A stretch of DNA of 64,000 bases, from positions 30,130-94,129 of IMG/VR virus record IMGVR_UViG_3300029288_000083. The stretch is one strand, 5' to 3'. This document shows positions 1-8,921 of this stretch, piece by piece (position 1 is the stretch's first letter; each line of letters starts with the position of its first letter). A program made the position numbers and the translations under genes. The notes beneath the pieces are model-generated. The model had not been told where the DNA came from. It made no database searches and saw nothing but the letters and a program-made list of their open reading frames with translations. Source of the DNA: a virus. Lineage: Duplodnaviria > Heunggongvirae > Uroviricota > Caudoviricetes.

Positions 1-285
1 TTTCATTTAATTTTTGTTTCTCATTCAACTTTACTAAAATATGGGGATGCATTGCAGCCTCAATCATTGTAACAGTTTCAGATGTATTTGTAAATTCGAT
101 ATTTGTGTTTAAGTGTTTCCAAACAGCATCAGCAAATTCTCTGCCGTACATAGATTTACCAATTTCAACAATTGAGTAAAAATTTGAATAGCCTTTCTCA
201 TGTTCATTTAACAATGATGCGATGAATTCAGCTTTGTTGTATAAGTTAAGAGCCATAATGATATTTTATTTTATGTATTCAATTT

Positions 286-756
286 TTAAAAGTTTCCCCA
301 TGCAACTTGCATGCAAGGAACATTCATTACATCTCGATACGCTTTAACCATTTGGTCTCTATCTTCTAATGCAAACAATACATTATAGAATGGCGCAATA
401 TGCGTATTGTAAATTTCTTCTTTATATTCGCAATCTTTTCGTCTATCAGAATTTTTACGCATATGTAAAATATAATCTGAACCATTAATCCATCCAGTGT
501 ATTTTGCAATCTGCCGTAATGTTACGTCCATAAACTTTTCTTCGCGACCAGTGACAAAGATAATTTCATATCCTGCTTGTTTGAATAACTTCACAGTTTC
601 AACTACTGGCATGTTTGCTGAATCGACAATATCTGCCTTTCCTGCAAAATACGGACTTCTTTTTCCTACGGTTGCAAGCGTACCGTCTATATCACAAATT
701 ATTGCGAGTTTTTTAACTGTTGGTGTTCCTTCCATTTTATTTTGTTTTTCTGTCAC
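286..756 (-). CDS. HAD-superfamily phosphatase (polynucleotide 3'-phosphatase-like)
   Basis: N-terminal DxDGT motif 'ICDIDGTL' typical of HAD phosphatases. It lies adjacent to a P-loop kinase ORF, resembling the two halves of T4 Pnk. Confidence 0.55.
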   Translation of the reverse strand: MTEKQNKMEGTPTVKKLAIICDIDGTLATVGKRSPYFAGKADIVDSANMPVVETVKLFKQAGYEIIFVTGREEKFMDVTLRQIAKYTGWINGSDYILHMRKNSDRRKDCEYKEEIYNTHIAPFYNVLFALEDRDQMVKAYRDVMNVPCMQVAWGNF

Positions 757-964
757 TTAATAATACAAGTAATTGCGATTCGGGACTTGTTGATGTATAT
801 TTTCCCATTTCCACATAGCCTGTTGTTTTATCAACAGCAGTCACACGTTTTTTAATCAATTCGCCATTTGCTGTGTAATCGCGTTTTCTTGCATAATAAA
901 CAGTATCGCCGACTTCAATTTTTACGCCTTCAATGTCTTGAACTAAATGTAATAACTGACTCAT
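737..964 (-). CDS. hypothetical protein (75 aa)
   Basis: ORF in a tight minus-strand gene array. No recognisable motif. Confidence 0.3.
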   Translation of the reverse strand: MSQLLHLVQDIEGVKIEVGDTVYYARKRDYTANGELIKKRVTAVDKTTGYVEMGKYTSTSPESQLLVLLSDRKTK

Positions 965-1293
965 TATAATACTAAATTTAAAGTTACTTCCGTTTTCGCA
1001 TTATCATCGATTCTTCCAATTATAACGCAATTTTTCAGTTCAGTATTTTCTTTTATCTGAATTCCGCCAATTGTACCAAACTCATCTGTTATGCATTCAA
1101 GCAATTTGATGTCCGATATTATTGCGTATTGCGCTGGCCCTTTTCTTTCTTCAATTGCAATCATATTGCCCAATGACAATATTCTTGTAGCCAATCTACG
1201 CGTTGCGGCATTCTTATCTACAGCATCAGTTAAATTTAAAACTAATATGTTTGCTTCGGGATGATGCTTTTGTATTTTTTCTGATATGTCCAT
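964..1293 (-). CDS. hypothetical protein
   Basis: ORF abutting neighbours at 964 and 1296. No motif recognised. Confidence 0.35.
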   Translation of the reverse strand: MDISEKIQKHHPEANILVLNLTDAVDKNAATRRLATRILSLGNMIAIEERKGPAQYAIISDIKLLECITDEFGTIGGIQIKENTELKNCVIIGRIDDNAKTEVTLNLVL

Positions 1294-1295
1294 GA

Positions 1296-1703
1296 TTATC
1301 TTAATTTAATATCGAATCTTTTTTCCATTGCTTCTAATGAAGCTTCAGGAACATTGTGAATATCTTTACCCCCATGTCTGTTTTCAACAACCAATGAAAA
1401 TACAGAATATCCGTATGTTGCTGCCATATCATAATAAGGTTTCATTTCTTTAACAGTAGTTGATGTATTTGAAACAACAACTCTAGGTACACCGCATTTC
1501 ATTAAATTTTCGCATTTGGCTTGACATGATTTATGCGCGTATCCTTGTCTTGCAAGTTCCCATTTGTATTCTCCATCAATCATGTGATAGTCATCAGCGC
1601 AACAAATTACATCAGGATATCCTTTAGCAATTTCTTCGGCAACAGATGATTTACCTGAACCAGGTACACCTCTAACCATGAATAATATTTTTTCTTTGTT
1701 CAT
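1296..1703 (-). CDS. P-loop nucleotide/polynucleotide kinase-like protein
   Basis: Walker A motif 'GVPGSGKSS' near the N-terminus. Size (135 aa) fits an AAA_33/PNK-type kinase domain. Confidence 0.55.
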   Translation of the reverse strand: MNKEKILFMVRGVPGSGKSSVAEEIAKGYPDVICCADDYHMIDGEYKWELARQGYAHKSCQAKCENLMKCGVPRVVVSNTSTTVKEMKPYYDMAATYGYSVFSLVVENRHGGKDIHNVPEASLEAMEKRFDIKLR

Positions 1704-1753
1704 TTTTTTATTTTTAAAATCAAATATACAACATTAATTATGCAATAGCAAAT

Positions 1754-2743
1754 TTAAAGCATTAAAAGTTTTTTATTTGCGTTAACTTTTATTGTTTCAT
1801 ATTCATCTTGCTTATAAACGATATCCATATAATATAATTGTCCTGTTGGCGGTGGAACTTTACAGTTGCAATCAACAGTATTACGAATACGCACCTCAGA
1901 ACATGGATTTACTGTATCTGCTGCTTTTGCTAAATCTTTTACAATATCATCACCTACTGATGCGTGAAATGCACTTTTGCTTGTCGTTTTAATCACATGT
2001 CCAATGTTAGGATTTATTGTTGCAGCAGGTCTGAACTTAATATCGGGATGCTGTACTGCAGATCTTGCAACATCCGCCAAATCGAATAGTTCATCTTTAA
2101 AATTCGATATAACATCGTCAGCTTCTTTAGAAACCTTAAAATCATTCCATGTAGCATTTCCTTTTGATAATACAGCAACAGTTCTTGGCGCAATAAAATA
2201 CGATGATGTATAGTATTCTTTGTTTACGCCAGTATACTTATAGTTTTGTTCAAATTGAACAAGAATACTACTATCTGTCCTTGTGTTTTTTGCATACTTT
2301 CCTGTTGGCGATATTACTTTTCCAATATGGCCAGCTTCACATCCTGTTAATCTAAATGGTGATTTTGATTTCGGAACAGCAAGTCGCATGCCAAAACAAT
2401 TGTTCCACCATTTTTGGGCTTCAGTATGTAATACAACAACATTGTCACCTATAACCGGGTCGCGTTTTTCGATGTGAAAGAAGCTTTCATCTTTAATTAC
2501 GATTTCTTTTATGTGTATAGGAATATGATAAACAGTATTGCCATACATTGTTTTTGCTGCTTCGCTACACGATTGAATCGGAGTTAATGTGCATTGGTTT
2601 TGACCTTCGGCTGTTTTAAAATTGATGATTGCACAAGTAGCATTATTGTTTCTTGTTTCAATTTTAATATCGGTGCATTCTACAAATGTGTTATAAAACC
2701 TGTGATAGTAAGATTCGCCAACTTTTAATAATGTTTCTCTCAT
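1754..2743 (-). CDS. hypothetical protein (329 aa)
   Basis: Long ORF with compact spacing. I looked for RNA-ligase KxDG/KxHG motifs and found none. Confidence 0.4.
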   Translation of the reverse strand: MRETLLKVGESYYHRFYNTFVECTDIKIETRNNNATCAIINFKTAEGQNQCTLTPIQSCSEAAKTMYGNTVYHIPIHIKEIVIKDESFFHIEKRDPVIGDNVVVLHTEAQKWWNNCFGMRLAVPKSKSPFRLTGCEAGHIGKVISPTGKYAKNTRTDSSILVQFEQNYKYTGVNKEYYTSSYFIAPRTVAVLSKGNATWNDFKVSKEADDVISNFKDELFDLADVARSAVQHPDIKFRPAATINPNIGHVIKTTSKSAFHASVGDDIVKDLAKAADTVNPCSEVRIRNTVDCNCKVPPPTGQLYYMDIVYKQDEYETIKVNANKKLLML

Positions 2744-2771
2744 GATTAAAAGTTAAAAATAAAGTTACTGC

Positions 2772-3113
2772 TTAAGCAGTAACTTCTTCGCCAAATAATT
2801 CTTTATATAAAGCTTGTGCTTTTGTTAATCGACGTTCAGCAAGTGTGATATCGTCTTCTGCATCAAGAATTGCATTTGCGTTTAAAGGCAATTTTCTTTT
2901 TGCTGCATCAACTTTGTCATACAATGTATCAAGATTATCTTCAAGATCATTGATTTGTTTTTTCAAATTGATTTTTGAATTTCTTGCTTCTGCAAGCAAA
3001 TTGATTTTTGCGCCATTTTCTGAAGCATCGTTCAAATTCTTTACAAATTGACAGTTTTCATCAATTTTAATTGTGCGCTCACGTTTTCTTGTTTCTTGGT
3101 TTTCTGTTGACAT
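2772..3113 (-). CDS. coiled-coil hypothetical protein
   Basis: Charged sequence with heptad-like repeats (LEDNLDTLYDKVDAAKRKL). Confidence 0.35.
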   Translation of the reverse strand: MSTENQETRKRERTIKIDENCQFVKNLNDASENGAKINLLAEARNSKINLKKQINDLEDNLDTLYDKVDAAKRKLPLNANAILDAEDDITLAERRLTKAQALYKELFGEEVTA

Positions 3114-3192
3114 AACTTTTAGTTTTTTAAGATTATTATTTAGATTTATTGTTTATTATATACATTAGAATTCATTAGTTTTAATTGCAAAT

Positions 3193-3513
3193 TTATTTTA
3201 TGTATTCACCTGCATTATATGATTGTGCTAATGCATTACCTTCTGCAGTATTTCCCATAAGAGTAAGTACTTCACCGTTTGCATCTTTCAAGATTATTGA
3301 AGAATACGTGTTTTCAGTTTCTTTTGCGACAGCAACAACAAGAATCGGTGGCGTTAACTCTATATAAGATTCTACATGCGTTGCAGTTTCCTTTGTTTCA
3401 ACAACTGTTGTTGTTTCGGTTTTTGTTTCTTGGTCTGCGGATTTACAATTACGAGGAGAGCATGACTGAAATACTATAGCACATCCAGTCAAAATTAGAA
3501 ATACTTTTTTCAT
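3193..3513 (-). CDS. putative lipoprotein
   Basis: Signal peptide with lipobox-like 'LILTGCAIVF...SCSP'. Thr/Glu-rich mature part. Confidence 0.45.
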   Translation of the reverse strand: MKKVFLILTGCAIVFQSCSPRNCKSADQETKTETTTVVETKETATHVESYIELTPPILVVAVAKETENTYSSIILKDANGEVLTLMGNTAEGNALAQSYNAGEYIK

Positions 3514-3564
3514 TTATCAATTTATTAATTATTTGTATATTATATACAGAACAAGTAAAAAGTT

Positions 3565-4863
3565 TTAATTATTTTTGATTATTATTTCTTTTATGAAAAC
3601 AACATTTTCAGATTCTATTTTGATAAAATATGTGCCTGAAGGAATATCGGTTTTTCCTAATTCGTATTCTAAACTTTCATTCGTGTTAATATTTGTACTT
3701 AATAAAGTTTGTCCTGTTATGTTTATAAATTTTAATGTTGCAATTCCAACATGTTTATTTACTGTTACTTTTACATTTGGTGATGCTGATGGTATTGGAT
3801 AAACTAAAATGTTAAAATCTAAATCATTTCTATTTATACTTATTATTTTACTATCAACATTTTTACCATCGTAATCTGTTTGTTTCAATTTATAATAGTT
3901 CATGCCTGTTCTGGCGTCATAATCTTTGTATGCGTAATATCGCATAGTTGTTGAATTACCTGCGCCATCAATATCTGAAATATTTTCAAATGATATGCCA
4001 TCGTATGATTTTAAAATTGAAAAGAAATCATTATTTTTTTCTGATGCTGTTGTCCATTCTAAAAATATAAATTCCTTTTGATTCTTTCCAGTAAACTCTA
4101 CAAGTTCGATAGGAAGAACGGACCCACATGATGCACAATTTTGATTTACTGTTGCAGATCCCCACGTGCCTGTTCCGTTAATTGATATACTTGCCGGTGC
4201 ACATATATTCAACCCTGCATTACTTGACAATGGAACTGAACCTGAAATAGTGGTTGATGAAATGTCCAAACACGATTTCCCAATTGGAGTTTGTATTGCA
4301 TTTGTGTTGTTCCCATATTCAATTGTTGATGCATATAATTTGCCGTTACCGCCAAGACAAACACCTGAACCACCATTTTGCACTGTTAATGTCCCAGTGA
4401 CATTTGCTGTGCCATAGTTTGTCAGAACTGAATTTTCAAATAAATTGCCAATTATATTCAATGTTGCTCCGGCTGCATTTTCGATGCGTCCAGAAGAATT
4501 CACAGTCAAACCACTATTAAATGTGACTGTACCCCAATTTACCAAATCAACATTTAATGTTGTCATTGCAGTTGTTAGCGTTGCGCCTGGTAAAACATAA
4601 ATAGTGCCACCGTTAAAGTTTCCTGAAACTGTTAAGTTCCCTGAGCAAACAATGAATATTGAACCTGCCGATGTATTGATGCCGCCTCTTGTTTGTGTTG
4701 TACTGCTATAATACGTTTCCCCAGAATTTATATTAGCATTATCCGATACTAATTGAGTACCGGTACAAGTTGGCATTGCTGGGAGAGAAACACATTGCGA
4801 AATTGCAACATTAATCTTTACGGTTAATGCTATTAAAAAAAATATTCGTAATATGTATCTCAT
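3565..4863 (-). CDS. secreted beta-helix-like protein with T9SS C-terminal sorting domain
   Basis: N-terminal signal peptide (MRYILRIFFLIALTVKINVAISQ). Gly/Thr/Asn-rich repeats (TVSGNFNGGTIYV, NSGLTVNSSG). The C-terminal ~80 aa (LVYPIPSASPNVKVTVNK...GTYFIKIESENVVFIKEIIIKN) match the Por/T9SS CTD pattern. Confidence 0.6.
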   Translation of the reverse strand: MRYILRIFFLIALTVKINVAISQCVSLPAMPTCTGTQLVSDNANINSGETYYSSTTQTRGGINTSAGSIFIVCSGNLTVSGNFNGGTIYVLPGATLTTAMTTLNVDLVNWGTVTFNSGLTVNSSGRIENAAGATLNIIGNLFENSVLTNYGTANVTGTLTVQNGGSGVCLGGNGKLYASTIEYGNNTNAIQTPIGKSCLDISSTTISGSVPLSSNAGLNICAPASISINGTGTWGSATVNQNCASCGSVLPIELVEFTGKNQKEFIFLEWTTASEKNNDFFSILKSYDGISFENISDIDGAGNSTTMRYYAYKDYDARTGMNYYKLKQTDYDGKNVDSKIISINRNDLDFNILVYPIPSASPNVKVTVNKHVGIATLKFINITGQTLLSTNINTNESLEYELGKTDIPSGTYFIKIESENVVFIKEIIIKNN

Positions 4864-4893
4864 AGTGATGTATTATTTTATGTATTATATTAT

Positions 4894-5271
4894 CTATTCT
4901 TTCTTGTGCGGATTTTTTATGTAAGTTATACAAATATTATATACTTGTTCAATTGTGCAATTATCTTTTACAATTGCATTTGCATAATCTGTTCTGAACT
5001 TAACCGCACGCCAAAAATTAGCAGGTTCTGGATTCTTCGCATCGCATTCTTTGTTTGAATGCGTTAATATGTATTGAACTAATTGCATCGTCCAATTCCA
5101 ATCGTCATGAAAATGAAGTTCTTGATGAATGATTCTATTATCGAATAATTTCACGAACGGATTTAAGTTATCAACAAAAACCCATTTTAAACAAATTGAA
5201 TCTTTGCAAGTTACAACTTTTGCGCCAACGAAACGCGCAATCAATTCATTATTTTCTTTATGTGTTTTCAT
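4894..5271 (-). CDS. hypothetical protein
   Basis: ORF only. Confidence 0.35.
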   Translation of the reverse strand: MKTHKENNELIARFVGAKVVTCKDSICLKWVFVDNLNPFVKLFDNRIIHQELHFHDDWNWTMQLVQYILTHSNKECDAKNPEPANFWRAVKFRTDYANAIVKDNCTIEQVYNICITYIKNPHKKE

Positions 5272-5272
5272 A

Positions 5273-5794
5273 TTAGCAAATTAATAATTTTTTATTCTGT
5301 GTTGGTTTAAAGCATGTCTCGTAATTTTTCGTATGTTGTTCTTGAATATTTACATTACGATCTTTTAATATTCTTATTATATCGAATGATAAACTACCAT
5401 GCATATGCAATCTTTTTCGATTTGTTTCAACGCCATAAACAAATTCGTGTTCGCAAATAAAATTGTTAGCATCTATTGAATATGTAATGCCGCTTAATGG
5501 CACGCCGCTTATTGCATACGCATTAAGTTCTGTTTCTGTCGGATGAATAATGGCGTCTTCAGACTTTGACGATATGATGCTTATTTTATCATGCCGTCTT
5601 TTCAAATTTTTGTATAATACTGAACTTGTATTTAGTTTTGTTTTTGCATCTGTAATCTGTTCAATTGAAATATGCGTGCCATCACGGTACACATGCTTGC
5701 ATATAATATCATACGGATTGATTGAATACGTTACTCCATTAACAGGATTGTCAACGCTATGCGATATATCATATAGATTAATTTCATTTTTCAT
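5273..5794 (-). CDS. hypothetical protein with internal duplication
   Basis: Two internal repeats (GVTYSINPYDIICKHVYRDG / GITYSIDANNFICEHEFVYG). Confidence 0.4.
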   Translation of the reverse strand: MKNEINLYDISHSVDNPVNGVTYSINPYDIICKHVYRDGTHISIEQITDAKTKLNTSSVLYKNLKRRHDKISIISSKSEDAIIHPTETELNAYAISGVPLSGITYSIDANNFICEHEFVYGVETNRKRLHMHGSLSFDIIRILKDRNVNIQEQHTKNYETCFKPTQNKKLLIC

Positions 5795-6024
5795 TGTTCG
5801 CAGATTAATAGTACTTTTTTATTTGTCGGAAGTATTTCTTTATTGAATTGCGATTTTGCTCGCATGCTGCCTAATGTAACTGCTGGATTTTTTTCAAGAA
5901 AATCTTTCAAATGATTTTTCTTGTTATACGCAAACCATATGTCACCAAGATCTTCGCCACTTAATTTGTATAATGGTCTTCCTGACTTGGTTAGAACCCA
6001 ATCATCGTTTGTTTCGTTTTTCAT
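5791..6024 (-). CDS. hypothetical protein
   Basis: ORF overlapping the upstream gene by 4 nt. Confidence 0.3.
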   Translation of the reverse strand: MKNETNDDWVLTKSGRPLYKLSGEDLGDIWFAYNKKNHLKDFLEKNPAVTLGSMRAKSQFNKEILPTNKKVLLICEQ

Positions 6025-6348
6025 ATCAATTACAAATTAATAGTATGTTATTTGAAGACGGCTTAATTGCTTCATTTTCAATTGCAATATTATCCCATCT
6101 TTTATAGAATTCTTCGGTGAATTTTATATCAAGCATTACGTATTCACGAAGCTTTTCATATTGCTCAGGATCCATTTTATGCATGACGTTTTTTCTTGAT
6201 TGTTGAATACTTCTTTTTTAAACTTTTTGCAAATGCAATTATGTCATCTGCAATTTCTTCTCGTTCACCGTGCGGTTTATCACTAAGCAATTCTTCAATT
6301 TCTTCTACTGCACGTTTTCCTGCTAGATAATCAATGTCCATTCCCATA

Positions 6349-6826
6349 TCAAATAATTTTAAAAGTTTTTGTTTCCATTACAGGCCACCAATATTTACCG
6401 CCATTGTAACCTTTATCTTCTGGCCATTTTTGTTCATAATACTCTGGTAGTTTTTCGATTAATCTTGCTCGATGCGCTCTATGAAAATTTTCGTTTCCTA
6501 ACCACCAAGGCATATCAATCGGTGCCATACCAATGTTCCCATGATTCAAGTCTTGTATAAATTCTGGTGTCCATTCAAAAAAAAAGTGGCATTGTATTTT
6601 TATAGCCTCTTGATGTCCATTCCTTTATTGTAAAATCATGATACACTTTTAATGCATCGATGCATCCTTCCCATGCTTTAACAGCAGGATGGTTTTGCCA
6701 ACTTACTTTATTGCCTTCAAGTACATTAATGATTTGTTTATTTTCAATTCTTTGTTTTCCTAATCTGCGATAATCTAAAGCAGCAACGGATTCAATAAAA
6801 GACGGATATGGTAAAAATGTTTGCAT
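6349..6826 (-). pseudogene. denV-like pyrimidine-dimer DNA glycosylase (Pyr_excise family), frameshifted into two ORFs
   Basis: ORF 6575..6826 (…LDYRRLGKQRIENKQIINVL…WQNHPAVKAWEG…) and ORF 6349..6549 (…PWWLGNENFHRAHRARLIEKLPEYY) resemble the N- and C-terminal parts of endonuclease-V/denV-like proteins. They are separated at an A9 homopolymer (6583-6591). Confidence 0.45.
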
Positions 6827-6924
6827 ATAATATTATTTTTATATTATATACAGAACTATTTTATAGTTTTCATACAATGTCTTTATCTCTATTGTTATTT
6901 TAGATATAGTTGTTATTGTCAAAA

Positions 6925-6972
6925 CTAAAAAAGTTCACTGGATGCAAATTAATGTATATCCAGTGAACTTTA
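6925..6972 (-). terminator. rho-independent terminator downstream of the PARP gene
   Basis: 12-bp perfect stem agttcactggat / atccagtgaact. An A6 run on plus gives a U-run on the minus transcript. Confidence 0.55.
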
Positions 6973-6992
6973 CTTTATGTTATTTGAATTTA

Positions 6993-8291
6993 TTAATTTG
7001 CGATTTCAATAATGTATTTTACTGTTACTTGAGCAGCATCATAAACAATGAATTCATCATTTCTTAAATCGGCGCCGCCATGAGCATATACAGAATCAAA
7101 TCCTTCACGTGCAAGTTTTTGTTTGTTCAATGTGTAGCAATCAGAATTGTGATGTGTTATATTTTTTTGATTACCTACATGAAAATCAAATAATGCAAGA
7201 TATGCAGAACTTGATGACCCGCCTGACCAACATGCACCACGAAGAGATGTATAGCCAATTGATTTTTGAGCTTTATTTGCACCGTAAATACCATCGCCAA
7301 ACATTGAACCCGTATGAACCGCACCAGATGGACGAATTAATAAACCTGATTGTAAAATGTTGAACCAGTTTTCATTTCGTGAACCATGCCAAAATAATTC
7401 GCATTTTTTATCTTTTGCATTTGCAACATATGCATCAAACTTTTCTTGTGTTTTTCTGTTTGTAACACGGAATGCAGAACGGAATTGATTTGCATTCGGT
7501 CCCATCATTTTTTTGATGATTTCGATTTCTTGCGCATTTGCTTCAACCGCCTCAAGTCCAAGTGTTTGCAACATGTCCATAGATTTCTTATGGCCTTCAG
7601 CATCAGGTTTATTTGCTTTCGCTTGTTCTTTTTGCTTGCGAAGTAATTCAACTTGACCTGCCATTGTATCAAGAACCGCTTGTTCATCAGCCATCAATTT
7701 ATGAGCGCGTTTTGTATCAGCGTCAGATTTGAAACTTGATAATAAATGGTCTCGTACATTTGACATTTTACGAGGAATGATTGAATAAAGTTTCAATAAG
7801 TTATTATTGATACCTTCAAGATGCGCAGATTTCTCTGTTAGAATTTTTGAAAGTGTATCAATAATTTTTTGAGCTTCATCAACCATAGCTTGGGTTACTT
7901 CACTTTGCGTAACCGTATAGTTTTCTTGTACCGTCTTTTTAGCATAAGCCATCAATTTGTCGAATAATGCTTTAACTGCACGATTTTGAATTTCCGCTTG
8001 TGTGACAGTTTCACCATTTGCTTCAGCATCAGCAGTTACTTCCGCAATTGCTTCTTTGAACAAATGTGTCATATCCTCATAGCCTTTTTTTGTTTTGCTG
8101 CGGTAAATTTTATCCCACTCATGCGCAGAATATTCGTGTGTAACTTCGGTACCTTTAATACGTCCGTATTGCACGATAAAATTACCTGATGCTTGTTCGA
8201 ACATATTGTAATACTTGTTGTTATTATCTGCGGTAACGCAAACTAATTTAACAACTTTTTTTCCTGGAACTGTATAATCTTTTAATTGCAT
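6993..8291 (-). CDS. poly(ADP-ribose) polymerase-like protein (WGR domain + PARP catalytic domain)
   Basis: N-terminal WGR-like segment (YYNMFEQASGNFIVQYGRIKG). The C-terminus has PARP catalytic signatures in order: 'FWHGSRNENWFNILQSGLLI' (His-Gly-Ser), 'GSMFGDGIYGANKAQKSIGYTS' (Tyr) and 'NDEFIVYDAAQVTVKYIIEI' (catalytic Glu, cf. PARP1 '[20 protein letters not shown]'). Confidence 0.8.
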   Translation of the reverse strand: MQLKDYTVPGKKVVKLVCVTADNNNKYYNMFEQASGNFIVQYGRIKGTEVTHEYSAHEWDKIYRSKTKKGYEDMTHLFKEAIAEVTADAEANGETVTQAEIQNRAVKALFDKLMAYAKKTVQENYTVTQSEVTQAMVDEAQKIIDTLSKILTEKSAHLEGINNNLLKLYSIIPRKMSNVRDHLLSSFKSDADTKRAHKLMADEQAVLDTMAGQVELLRKQKEQAKANKPDAEGHKKSMDMLQTLGLEAVEANAQEIEIIKKMMGPNANQFRSAFRVTNRKTQEKFDAYVANAKDKKCELFWHGSRNENWFNILQSGLLIRPSGAVHTGSMFGDGIYGANKAQKSIGYTSLRGACWSGGSSSSAYLALFDFHVGNQKNITHHNSDCYTLNKQKLAREGFDSVYAHGGADLRNDEFIVYDAAQVTVKYIIEIAN

Positions 8292-8309
8292 ATCTGTAAT
8301 TTATTTTGA

Positions 8310-8849
8310 TTATTGTCTGCAAGCACGTACGTCATGTAAATGAATTCCTGTGAATGCGCGATAAGCGATTCGAACATCGTCCCTTGTGTATGTTGATGGG
8401 AACCAATAAACAGTTTGTGAAGTTACAGAATAAGCTTTCCAAGAACCGGTTGTTACAAGATTTGCGTTTGCAAATGATACAATAACTTTTCCTGAGCGAG
8501 TTGTGTGAGATCTGCCAGTTGCTACAGATGCAGGAACAATTTGATTTGCATTTGATGGTTGGCCAGCAGCAGCACGAAGAGATTGCGTTGTAGATTGATT
8601 TGCAGTTGTTGGTTGAGCAACAGATTGACCTTTTGAATCTGTGTACACACGGTGAACACCGTTATACGAGAATGAATAATTTTCTTCGGCACAAACCTGA
8701 ATCATTAAATCAGATACATCCGCTTGTTTTGCGAAGAATCCACGAACTCGTAATTCATTTTTGATGTCGAGAGTGGTTGTTGAACCATTTGTTTCGATTA
8801 AATCCGATGCAACATCGAATACGTCTGCTTTTGTAAGTGTCTTTGACAT
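8310..8849 (-). CDS. hypothetical protein
   Basis: ORF. Low-complexity Ser/Thr/Gln-rich middle. Confidence 0.35.
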   Translation of the reverse strand: MSKTLTKADVFDVASDLIETNGSTTTLDIKNELRVRGFFAKQADVSDLMIQVCAEENYSFSYNGVHRVYTDSKGQSVAQPTTANQSTTQSLRAAAGQPSNANQIVPASVATGRSHTTRSGKVIVSFANANLVTTGSWKAYSVTSQTVYWFPSTYTRDDVRIAYRAFTGIHLHDVRACRQ

Positions 8850-8921
8850 AGTTTAGATTTTTTTAAGTTTAACTTTTAGAACTTTTAGATTTTCTATTTC
8901 AATTTATTATATACACAAGAA

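Noticed and set aside
1754-2743. Possibility that the 329-aa ORF is an RNA ligase completing a PNK/ligase tRNA-repair pair
   Set aside because: No KxDG/KxHG nucleotidyltransferase motif I, and no other ligase motifs, visible by eye. Left as hypothetical.
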